A DNA stretch of 63,317 bases, counting the filler, from Hyphochytrium catenoides (lineage: Eukaryota > Protista > Hyphochytriomycota), in assembly GCA_900088475.1 (NCBI GenBank). It is 8 parts of 8 records of this genome, joined end to end, with 100 filler letters (N's around TTAATTAATTAA, not from the genome) between each part and the next. Parts side by side here need not be neighbours in the genome. Positions count along the whole stretch, not along the records: positions 39,698 to 47,994 come from FLMG01004293.1; positions 48,095 to 50,091 come from FLMG01002032.1; 6 more parts are not named here. One strand, given 5' to 3'. Positions within the stretch are counted from its first letter, which is position 1; every line of letters starts with the position of its first letter. Shown piece after piece: positions 39,598 through 50,191 of the stretch. The translations under genes and the position numbers were made by a program. Under the pieces are notes generated by a model, which was not told where the DNA came from, ran no database searches, and saw only the letters and a program-made list of their open reading frames with translations.

Positions 39598-40324
39598 NNN
39601 NNNNNNNNNNNNNNNNNNNNNNNNNNNNNNNNNNNNNNNNNTTAATTAATTAANNNNNNNNNNNNNNNNNNNNNNNNNNNNNNNNNNNNNNNNNNNNTCG
39701 CCATGAGTAGTAGCTGCAGTATGAGTTGTGTGGTCATTGCAGTTGATGGAGCACTTCATTTTGGTGCCAAGGTTTGGGGGGCCGCGTTTGTTGTTGTTCA
39801 TATTTTTTTATATTTAGCTACTGCTACTACTACTGCTTCGGGCAACAAGAAGAAGGGGGAGAGGAGGACCAGCCGCCAGGAGCAATAGCGAACGTAGTAG
39901 TAAGGAGGTCCAGAAAACAGACCCAGGACGGGTCGGAGGAAGAAGATGTACCTAAGGGCGTATTGTCGTGGTGGTCGGTCTCTATTATCTTCAATTTCAT
40001 TGCTACTCGTCCGTCGTAGTAGTGCTGCTTCTTGTCTACAGTTATTATAAGAAGAACNGTGGTGGCGGGAAGCACCGTTCATCAAAGCAGCAGCAGGAGC
40101 AGCAGGGAGGGTTTGTCCGTAGTGCTCGCGCTGTACGAAGAAGTGATCCAGTACTGCCGACCTGGGGCTTTAATAGTGAGCGGAATGAACTGGATGAGAA
40201 GACTGTCACCCTTACTTGCTTTCAAGCTGGCAAATTAAAGACCTCAAAATGGGCTTAGGTCCTTCTACTACCATCGTTATTCCTAAAACTGTCGTGTTGA
40301 TATCTAATATGATGTATACATTCA

Positions 40325-40830
40325 GAAAGTTCATGACCTAACACCACTTAAGGTCATACAGATCACAAACTGAGGCATGCTGATTTGCAACTAGCGCAAT
40401 TTATTGTTGATGTTCCCGACCTAATGCAGACCTAAGCCCCCTACCCTTTAGAAGCTTGCCTGCCTGACATGTCAGGCCCAACAATGACATGTCCGACGCC
40501 GGACACCTAGTCCCTCTCCTCTTGATCGAGACGATATCTGCATACTTGAAGAGAAGAGGAAGGACCTTCTACACTACGAATGCCCTCGTCAATAAATGAT
40601 GAACCGTGGGCGAGTACCAAGATCCAACAAGATCTTGAGCTCATGAGTGGACAGTAACAATAGACCTATCGAAAGGACTATAAAGGACCTCGTCTATGCG
40701 CTTAACGGGGCAGGGGCCTGTCAAGTCTGCTTGATGTTTCCCTCAGCTAAGCTTTAGGTTGAAGATATGGCCTTGTAAGAACGCCCTAATATTAACTTAG
40801 GGAAAAACATAGGACATCAGGTATTAAAAC
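40325..40830 (+). mobile_element. Degenerate Gypsy/Ginger-type integrase remnant
   Basis: Frameshifted HD..GH...CLTCQAQ (H2C2), then AGHLVPL, then PRSN..NNRPIERTIKDLVYAL resembling the catalytic-E helix. Multiple stops. Confidence 0.45.
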
Positions 40831-41649
40831 CTTAGAGACCCCTACCCATGACCTTCCCACCCCAGGGTTGGGGTCCGATAATATCTGACATACTGGAACA
40901 CCTTGCCTGTAACCTACGTTCCTGGCCTGGAGCAAAACAGTACTTAGCCCGTCTGGTAAGTCTACTTCAACTATCTGAGCTCCTGAACGGCGATGCCTCT
41001 CTGTATTCAGCCTTGCAGAACGCGTCGCCGTCCTTCCTTCTTCCTTCATATTCATGATAATAGTACGAGCACACATCCTGCAAGCACCGGGAAAGAAGAA
41101 GGGGCGCAGCTATTGCAGCTACTTAAAAAGGAGGCTACTTCCTCCTCGGTCTCTGCGTTCTTGGTGATGGAGTTCCTAGTATCGAAAGGAACAAAAAGAC
41201 CACCCACCAAGGTTGATGATGATCTGGTGGATGATAATAACTATATCATAGCAGAAGAGAAGGACGGCAGAGTTTTCAAGGTGAGTGATGACTAGTATCC
41301 CTGTCCCTATTGTTGCTTGCGATCATATCGGCGAGGACAGCAAGACATAGAAATCTACTTGCCCAAGCAGCAACGAGGAGGTTAAGACGGAAATGTGGTG
41401 GGTAGAAAATAAATGTCCATTAAGTAAGTCGGCTAGTTGAATAGAAGATGCTACCAGTATCTTACTGCGCGTCATACGGCTCCGTCTTGCACGTCGATAG
41501 GTCATTACATTCGAAGTTAGCAGCCCACCATATACTCTTAATAACAGCTTAGTTAAAGCTAGGATGATGTGGTGCATCCTCGTTATATCTTTTCAGCTAT
41601 TCCTGTTATTATCGTCACTGTCCTCAAATGGCAGGGCTTGATCAGGTAA

Positions 41650-42283
41650 CTATACATCAGGACGGTTTTCAGCGTCATATTCGTCGTCCTGATCATTCTT
41701 GGAATAGCTTGTTCCCCCCATGGAACGTATGCCGTTAGCTAGAAGCGTCACCCAAAGCGATAAGACTGCCACGATAATGGTGAGGACCAACCCTGCCGTG
41801 AACCAGCCCTTGGTAACGCCGCAGTCATCTGGCAGCCTTTTGAAGCTCTCATCACTGGTGTCAAAGCCCAGACAGTCGTCTTCAAACCAATCCTTTCTAA
41901 AGGGCTCACTGAAGGCCCAGGCCGTTATACTGGCAATAACAGCAAGCGCCAACTCCACAGCCATAAAGATCCAAATGAAGCTGAAGCGAAAGGTAGAAGA
42001 AATCGTTAGATGTACCGAGGCCTACGTTGTCTTCTTCTCATCCTCCTGGTATTAATCGGTGCACTTACATGTTAACGGCAGCTTTGGCAAAGGTACACCA
42101 TCCTGTTAAACAGCGTATACACCCTACGACAATGCCGAAGACTCCAGCGAAGACAACTGCTCCGAGAAAGAGTCCTGCGTTTGGCAGGAAGACTATGGCC
42201 GGGATCGACGCAAGGACCTGGAGAACTATGGCGGATATCAGGCTAATCTGCCTGCACAAACCGGTCAGGCCGCAGCAAGCCAT
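41650..42283 (-). CDS. Four-TM (tetraspanin/MS4A-like topology) protein, 2 exons
   Basis: A GTAAGT..CTTCAG intron (~41982-42069) joins two ORFs in frame. The product has a MACCG N-terminus, 4 hydrophobic helices, a 2-Cys loop between TM3 and TM4, and a TAG stop. Confidence 0.7.
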
Positions 42284-45042
42284 TACTCTTAATGTCAGTG
42301 ATGCGGTTTGGAAGGTGTTGAGCTGGTGATGCAAGGACGCTCGCCTCTATGCTGAAACTCGGATAGTCTGGTTGTTATTTGGAGAGATTTTCCGGAGTGA
42401 ATCATGCAAACAAAAGTAGTTGGTGGGCCGGAGGGAGGGAGGTTCCTATGCGTCTGCGAAGACCTCTCTCTTGCAGTGCATGCTACCTGGATTGCTCGTC
42501 TTCGTGCTGTTCTCCATTTTCCTTGGGTCCACTCACTTTTCCTCTCCCTCTTCTTCTGCTTTACTATGCTAATAAATCAACTAGGTAAGAACTAGTAGCA
42601 GTAATAGTGTGAACTCAAGGATACTTCTGCTAGCGTGCAATGGTACTTCTTGTGCTTTGCTACGACTACCAGAAAGCTTATTACAGCCGTAGAACTTGGT
42701 ACTACTGTATCAGAAAAAAATTGACGAGGATCTGAGAAAGGCCAAAACCCTTATCACAGCGGCCTCACGAGCATCAGTGGCTGCAAAAAGACAATCCACC
42801 AGTCTTAGGCTGCTGCCAGGAGCTGCACAAGGAGTAGAACTGAAGTACTCGCCATCCACCAGTACTCTATTGATGTACCGTGCTGCAACTACTACTATTA
42901 TCCCATACTGCGAAAGCTATCACAATAGTACAACAAGTTTCGAGTACCGTCAATGATAATGAGGCATGAGCTGAGGCATGAGAAGTTTCAACCTTCGGTT
43001 CTTCAACTGAGTGACCCTGAGTACAATATCTGAGCCTGGCTGATGAGACGTCGATGTGGTGATGGTCAAAGCCTACCGTACAGCACAGCACACACAGTTC
43101 GCGAAAGGGTTATGGGAGGCCACTACTGTTCTAGACGTCAAGTTGTTTCTACAAAATGATTCATTCATTATTTTGTTCGAGTAGTTCTAGCTCTAGCCTC
43201 GCTACAGGAACAGAGGAACTACCTACCACCGTTTACCAAGTACTAGCGGGCAATAGAGATAGTTCTCGAGTTCTACAGCCTACAAGGCACTGGCTGTAGC
43301 ATTACAATCTGATAAAGTAGTTCTAAAGGTTGATAGTGGACAGGACTAGCCTTGGGACTAGCTGTAGAATGAAGGACTCGGACAAAGGACTTGGAACTTG
43401 GAGGATGCAAAAGAGACTGAACCCATAAGTAGTTGGATAAGGATTATCGTTCGCTCAGCAGCTTTGATAACTGATAAAGAGAAGCTTCCACAATCACAAG
43501 TACAAGTACCAACAACCAACAAGGAAACCCATTCTGGTAACAAATTTACTTGGGGCTCCGCCTTTGCTCATGAAGACGACAAAGTTCTGCTATTATTGTC
43601 ATCCATGCGGTGACAGAGCTTCATGATAGAGACTCCAGAGACGACTAAGATACAGCCAAGCTATGTGCCAGGCGTCATGTAGGCTGCACAAACAGCGAAA
43701 GACAGCCATTCTCCATGCTAACTGTAAGGGTTTAGACACGACAGAGCCCTAGTAGTGCTATATCGCTTCACGCCTTCGTGAAGAGATTGCTGTGGTGGAG
43801 GAGTTGCCTTCTTATGGGTGCTGTCACTTCTCCTGCGGTGTTGTTCTGAGCCTTTTTACATGCAACACTCATCAACTCAGTCTGCATATGTAACTGCTCT
43901 AATCTAGCCGGTCGAGATCTAAAGGTATTCAAGTACATCCCAACACATTGGCTAGAGATCCAGGTACAGAAAGAAGCATATGGCTTACCGTTTTGAAGAT
44001 AGTAACGCCGTCTGTACGCAGTTCAAATTGTTGTCCGCTAAACGACCTCTGCTCAGCCGCTATCCTCTTGTGCGGTAAAACTCCTGCTCGGCCTTTAAGT
44101 CTTAATCACTGGCCTTATGTCTTACTGTACTTCTGCACAGGATAAGAGTGTTTCAACAGAGCGACTGCACCCATACCATGAGCAAGATTGACGAAATCTC
44201 CCTTCTCTCATGGTCCTACTTAGGAGGACTAGTACTTGTGATCGTGGGAATACTGGTTCCTTTATTTTATATGGCTACACAGAACAAGAGGTCATTCAGG
44301 TTCACTAGACGAGATTAACATAGCACAGGTGACAACAACAACGACATATTGCTAGAGATATTTAGCTAAGCTACAAGCGGGCAATGAAGAGAAAAGGAGC
44401 CATGCCTGAAGCTTCACCTTTGGATGGGTTGGACGATGGAGCCATCACCATAAAGCGGATTCCAGCCTTCAGTATATATTAAATTCCATCTCAGCTTAAG
44501 TTTCCATACTCCTGAGACATGCCAGAAAAAGAGGTGAGGAGCTCTGTCGAGTACTTAGATCGCCGCACGCCAAGAAGATCCTTCAGAAGACGTCCAATAG
44601 TGCTACTGGATATTAAGTCATATGGGGCTGGCTGCCATGGCTTAACCTGGACCACCCGCTCTGACTATTGCGACTTATAAGGAACGACAAAGAGAGAGAG
44701 TCTGAACTCTGCTCTTTATCATTACCTATCACCAACCTAACGCTTACATGACCTCACAACCTTGAGATAGCGGAGTCGCTTACGACGGAAAGCAGCAGTC
44801 TGGAGAAAGTGTCGTCGGTGAAGACTNNNNNNNNNNNNNNNNNNNNNNNNNNNNNNNNNNNNNNNNNNNNNNNNNACTGTATATGTCCTATCCCTCACAC
44901 AACACGCCACGCCCGAACGATGACACTATAGAATTGCCCTCGTGGTCAGAACCACGGTCCCCTCTGGTTCCTGTAGTCCAGAGGTTGCCCAAGAAGGAAC
45001 AGTTGCCTTCATGGATTCTGTCCCCTCTTCGATATTTGAGGG

Positions 45043-45417
45043 TTACCGCTCCTCCGTTTCCGAGAGAGTGTGGATGGCTACTCCGTAGACAGTGACGATG
45101 ACGTGCATGTTACTGTTCTGCCACGGAACTTTGCACATTCCATCCGTTGCGCCATCCCAGTACTGGGTGGAAGCTGTGCAAAGCCCGGCCCCAGTCTTTT
45201 GCATGATGATGCAGGTCGCCACGTACTTGTATGGCTTGTTGAAGTCTTGGAGCCCCTTAAGCACCGACGCGATTATGGTGTCTGCCCAATCATTCACCTT
45301 CTTGGAGTTATAGACGGCGCTCTGTACAGACGACTCTATGGAAGTCTTAACAATTGTCTCCACATCCTCCACCGAGAACGTGAGGTCGCTAATCTGGTAA
45401 TCATGGTGATCTGTCAT
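45043..45417 (-). CDS. DYNLT1: Dynein light chain Tctex-type 1
   Basis: YNSKKVNDWADTI..NKPYKYVATCIIMQKTGAGLCTASTQYWDGATDG..W.N..MHVIVTVYG. Confidence 0.96.
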   Translation of the reverse strand: MTDHHDYQISDLTFSVEDVETIVKTSIESSVQSAVYNSKKVNDWADTIIASVLKGLQDFNKPYKYVATCIIMQKTGAGLCTASTQYWDGATDGMCKVPWQNSNMHVIVTVYGVAIHTLSETEER

Positions 45418-46499
45418 GGTAGACAATTCTTGTTAGGACTGAACGCCTGCCGTTTGCTAAAGCTTTTCTTAAAGATGGGGCGTGGTGCCTACAAAGAATC
45501 TCGTTCTCTCCTGTGGTAGGCCAAGCAGTATTAGCAACTGCTGCAACAGGGAAGAAGGATCGGCTGTACTTCAATGATGAATCTCTGCGCCACTGGTTTC
45601 CGTAACCCAAGCGTAGGTCAGAATGCAGCTTACTATGGGTGGCTCTTTCGTCTGCGAGGGGAATGGCGCGCAGAGTCCGGCACGGCGGGAGAAAAGAGAG
45701 AGCACCCGGCTACCTCTATACGCGACAACAGGAATGGCGTCGTGCTTGGTCAGAAGCAGATTCTAGGGAGCAATCGCGGGCGTAGCATGTTCTGCAGCAA
45801 AGAAGTTGGGAAGGGCGGAGGAGAGCACCTCAGACCCAAGTCTGTCCTTTCGCAATACCGTGAACGTAAAGTAATCCATAGAGACGAATCGTCGCGCACA
45901 TCACCCCGCTCCACAGCTTTAAAACGGTAAATTTACGAATACACTTGTAAACAATGTAAAACGGTACTACAACTTGGAAACTTGTAATAACTGTGATCCG
46001 ATGATCACTCTTTAACCAGAGGTTTGTGGTGGCCGGTTCAAAGACTGGATGAGTCTTTCAAATCTTCTCAACAGACAATAAAAGGCAGCTGATCAAGCGG
46101 TGCACCGATGGTGAGTTCTGCTTCCCGCCAAAAGGAATAGTATAGACCTTGCTACGAAGACAGAAGAGCGGTCGTCGTGGCGGTGTACCAATGAAGAAGT
46201 CGATCACCCATTTTAGGCGTTATTATTGATCATCATCATCCTCCCGCACGTCCTCCTGTCCGTCACCGACATGGTGGCGTCGTTGTTTTATGTCATTCCC
46301 TCTTCCTTTCTGCTACTGCGCAGTAATAGAGTAGCACGACGGCGATGTAGAACAGCTAGCTGTAAGAAGTACATGACGGATTCAAATGACGAGAAGCTGG
46401 ACGCAAATGTTTGTATTGGGAGATGTACTGCCTAAGGATGGACCAACACAACGCCCATAACAATCTTCTATCTTCCGTCGTCGTCGTGTTAAGCTAATA

Positions 46500-46740
46500 A
46501 ATGTAGGCTGTCCAGCTTATATGCTGCAAGGGGTCACTAGCTATGTATTATCACATTTACGTAAGGGTGGATTGGGCAACCCAGCGATTCCACTGCGACT
46601 GGGCGCCAAAATGATACCCAACATACGGCAACGCCACTGAGAACCAGTGACAAGGCCAATGAAGATATTAGTCTGGCGCTGATCGTCAGGGTCAAAGCTA
46701 ACACGCAAACGCAAAGCGCAATATTGCGTAGACGCAGCAG
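46500..46740 (-). ncRNA. Candidate omegaRNA scaffold 3' of a Fanzor-like remnant
   Basis: Three structured elements lie immediately downstream of the RuvC-III-like motif: a palindrome CGCAATATTGCG (46717-46728), a hairpin GTCACTG-GTTCT-CAGTGGC (46633-46651) and a long bulged stem (46565-46619). Confidence 0.35.
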
Positions 46741-47450
46741 TGCCCTAATATTCAACGCGGCATCTCGATCGGCGATGAAAGAACAGGGTTACGGGCGCAT
46801 TAGGTGCCCACCCTGTGCATAGGTTGCCAGTTAAACTGCGACATGCAAGACGGCTCCTCTGTTGCCGGAGAGGTCGCGGCCCTATTGCTTGGCTCCCGGC
46901 TTGCATGTGGCTCCACAAAACTTCGTTTTTGAGTAGTCTATTTGTCGGTAGAGTACCCAAACCCGTGAACTCAATGCCCTCGAAGGGCCTCATCATGGGC
47001 CTGAAACTCACTACATTGCTCTGGCACCCTCGGTAGCTCATCGCACACTGATCATTGCGTAAGCTAGCGATAAGCTAGGAAGGTGCGAATCAAACCTCTC
47101 AAGAGTTCTACACTGCAGTCCTCTTTCTTCACAGCCTACGTTGGAGATCTCTTCAATCATCACTAGCCACAGAGTCGGGTGTTACAACTGGAGAGCTCTC
47201 ATTAGAAACAACGAACTCAGCCGTTAGGACATGTCTTTAAGCAAATCTCTAGGGCAGGTCATGAACCCTGGCCAGTGAAGCTTCGGGGTTGAGCTGATAC
47301 TCAGCACGAAGATAACTTTATGAAGAGGCCCAGAGACGAAGCTCTCACACGGCCGTAAAAAGACACCACTTTTTCTCCACCACCGTCTGTCCTCCAGTCA
47401 ATGCGGTAACTATATATGAGTAACTGGGGATATGGAGGTTTGATCTCTCG
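46740..47450 (-). pseudogene. Degenerate Fanzor/TnpB-like RNA-guided nuclease remnant (copy A)
   Basis: In order, across frameshifts: HIPSYSYIVTA (RuvC-I-like), LIASLRN..SYRG..FRPMMR, TDK*TTQK (DExxTS-like) and PCSFIADRDAALNIRALL (DRDxNAAxNI-like). Confidence 0.55.
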
Positions 47451-48094
47451 CACAAACTACTTCATAGATGAATCTAGAATGGGGTCGGTCTTATTCAGGT
47501 CTTTAGAGAATATATGGCAATCCTCTTTCTTTTATTCAGAATGCGTTTTCGAGTCGGCTGTTCTTTGTTGCGGTTCGATAATCTTTGTGGACAAACAATT
47601 TTGATCCATCATCACAAATCTCTGAAAGCCCCAAAGCTCGACATTGAATCTTCATTCTTCTCGCAATAACGAGCCCTTTCTTCTTCTACAAAGGTCTGGG
47701 GTACATTATTTCCTAGATGTGACGCAGCAGCAGCAGCAGCAGACAAGCTCCTTAGTAAGATCTTGGGCACGCAGGAGGGCAGCATCTAAGCGACTGAGTT
47801 TGATGGTGAAAGAGGGGCTCCCAACCCTCAAGGTTCTTGACAAGAGCGATAGACAGACACGAGGAATAACACCCCACCGCGCCTGCTTAAGCGAGAGCGA
47901 GGGACAAGGTCAACAACCCATTCGTTGTCGGTGCGGGCACGGGCGACTAGAATCCAACTCGGTCGTAGACAGTCAATGACAGTGCCTCCGCAAANNNNNN
48001 NNNNNNNNNNNNNNNNNNNNNNNNNNNNNNNNNNNNNNTTAATTAATTAANNNNNNNNNNNNNNNNNNNNNNNNNNNNNNNNNNNNNNNNNNNN

Positions 48095-48625
48095 TCTGAC
48101 GAAGGCGACGATGCTATCTGGGGACTAGGTCGCCAATAGGAATGATCATTAGCCTCCTTGACCCTCGTCACGCATCTCTCAACTGCTGCAGGTACGGTAA
48201 CACCTTTTGGTGGCCGGGACGAAATATTCCCACAAGCTTTCGAAGCTCATTCATTTCATCGGTTTCATAAGATGGGCTTTGTTATAGATTGCGATATCCT
48301 TCCTCGAAACTTATGAAAGATGTACTGTCGTTACCGGCTACAATGGTGTTACAAAGTTGGCCTCATATATCTGACTTCATCATCGCATCATCGTCCTCTC
48401 TGGCTCATTGTTAGTCCTGCTGACTCGACTCCATCCCCACAGTCACGACGTCGAGAGTGCACCTCAGGAAGTTGATACAGAGTCCCATAGGCCAATACCC
48501 GGTCAGAGTTAAAGCTTAGCCAGGCTAGGTTTATAGAGTTTCAGGGGTCAACACCGATGACAGTGTGAACTTAGCCAGGCTGTGGTTATACAGTTTGAGA
48601 GACCACCACCTGTGGCGTCGAAGTT
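48095..48625 (-). pseudogene. Degenerate Fanzor/TnpB-like remnant (copy B), truncated by a gap
   Basis: VIGVDP*NSINLAW (RuvC-I, locally duplicated), followed by TSFISFEE..LRKL..HQKVL..RRLMIIPIGD. Confidence 0.5.
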
Positions 48626-48845
48626 GTCCAAGGATAACGTAGACGGATAACTCATGTGACTGGACAAGCATGTATTACTGAAGTCCGAAAGGCAAGAAAG
48701 GTCTCGTGCGGATGGGTAAGCTATGCCGTTCGCGCTAAGAAAGATAGAACAACTAATAAGGAACGTAGGGTTAGAGACTACAACTAAAGAGTTAGAGATG
48801 GCGGCGCATTAGAAGTGACAGATGATGACTGTCAGCACCTCAGGC

Positions 48846-50091
48846 CTATCGAGTGAAGTCTCGGTCTGGCAATAAGATGGGAGCGACAAGTGACCAGCAA
48901 TATAGAGCTACGCCTAGCCAACCGCTGCCAATTGCAACCCAAACGGCAGTCCAAGAGCCGCCAGAGATATACTTACTGAGCTTGACCTAAAATAACAGGT
49001 TAGCGTTTCGATGAGCTAGGCATACGGAAGGCGAAGCAGAAAGGAGGACTAGAAAAGCATACTGAAAGGGACGTTAAGCAACGAGAAAACAATGTGAGGG
49101 TTGCCAAGAGCGAGAAGATCCACAGACAGAAAGCCCCTACTACTACCGCTTTGTCGACTTACCTCCTCAAAGTCGGTGATGACCTGAGACATGTATAGAG
49201 CAGAGCAAGCGAACACAAAGTGGAAAAATGCATAGCTATAGTCCGGCCTCTCGGCCCTAGGTACTCTTCTGCTCCAGCCCTCTCTCTCCTCGCCAGCACC
49301 TTTTTCTTCGTCTTCTAGCAGTGTTGAGCCGTCATCTGGCCCATCGTACTCATACTCGCTGTAACCCATGAAGTTACTGCTGCCGTTTGAAAGACTAGAG
49401 TACACTATAGAAATCACCGTCAATACGGTGCCAAATGCCTCGCCACCAGCGTTGTACTTGGCTTGAGTCTGAGGACGGAAAGAGGTGGGGCGCATTAGAG
49501 AGCGCCAGGGGGAGCAGCGGTTAGCGCAAAGGAATAGTAGGAAAGTATAAATAGTATGCTGTATGGAGGAGAAGGACCCACCACAAAGGCATGAGAGAAA
49601 AGTACCAAGCAACATAACAGAAGAGCGCCACAGAGAGGGCTATGAGTGGGAACCAGATATTGAAAAGGCACGCCTGAGGACCGCATCATGCAACGTACAT
49701 CTTTTGAAATGGCTGAACATCCTGAAGCGTAAGGTTCACTTGATAGAGCAGTCCATACAAGGTATGTGCTGTACAGAGCCACTAACGAGGCTTGTAGCAG
49801 ACCGGAGTCCGGATTGGCCTCCTGAACATAATGTCAAAAGAAAGAACGAGGTATTAGTACCCCACTGACAGGAGGGAACGGAGAGACAGCCAGGCGAAGT
49901 TCTATAGGGTCCTGCGGGCGGCTCTGTCTGCAGATGAGCACAAGGTAAGTAACTGCGTCGGGTGCACACAACTCAACGACGCAAGCGCTGATGTTCGGCA
50001 ACGCAGAGAAGAGTCAGAGGAAATAAAGCAAGGGGTTATGAAGAATTACCTGGACTTCGGGATGGATGGAAAGTAGGCAGCTGATAATGCA
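48846..50091 (-). CDS. SERINC: Serine incorporator (SERINC/TMS1), 5'-partial
   Basis: [43 protein letters not shown] and [29 protein letters not shown]. Confidence 0.93.
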
Positions 50092-50191
50092 NNNNNNNNN
50101 NNNNNNNNNNNNNNNNNNNNNNNNNNNNNNNNNNNTTAATTAATTAANNNNNNNNNNNNNNNNNNNNNNNNNNNNNNNNNNNNNNNNNNNN

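Noticed and set aside
43900-44400. TM-like segment LGGLVLVIVGILVPLFYM in a stop-rich frame
   Set aside because: Possibly a pseudogene, but no family or exon structure could be supported.
46020-46060. GGTTCAAA suggesting a tRNA T-loop
   Set aside because: No cloverleaf could be built around it.
48514-48597. Repeat-spacer-repeat resembling a mini CRISPR array
   Set aside because: Only two diverged units, no cas genes, eukaryotic context. Better explained as duplicated RuvC-I coding sequence.
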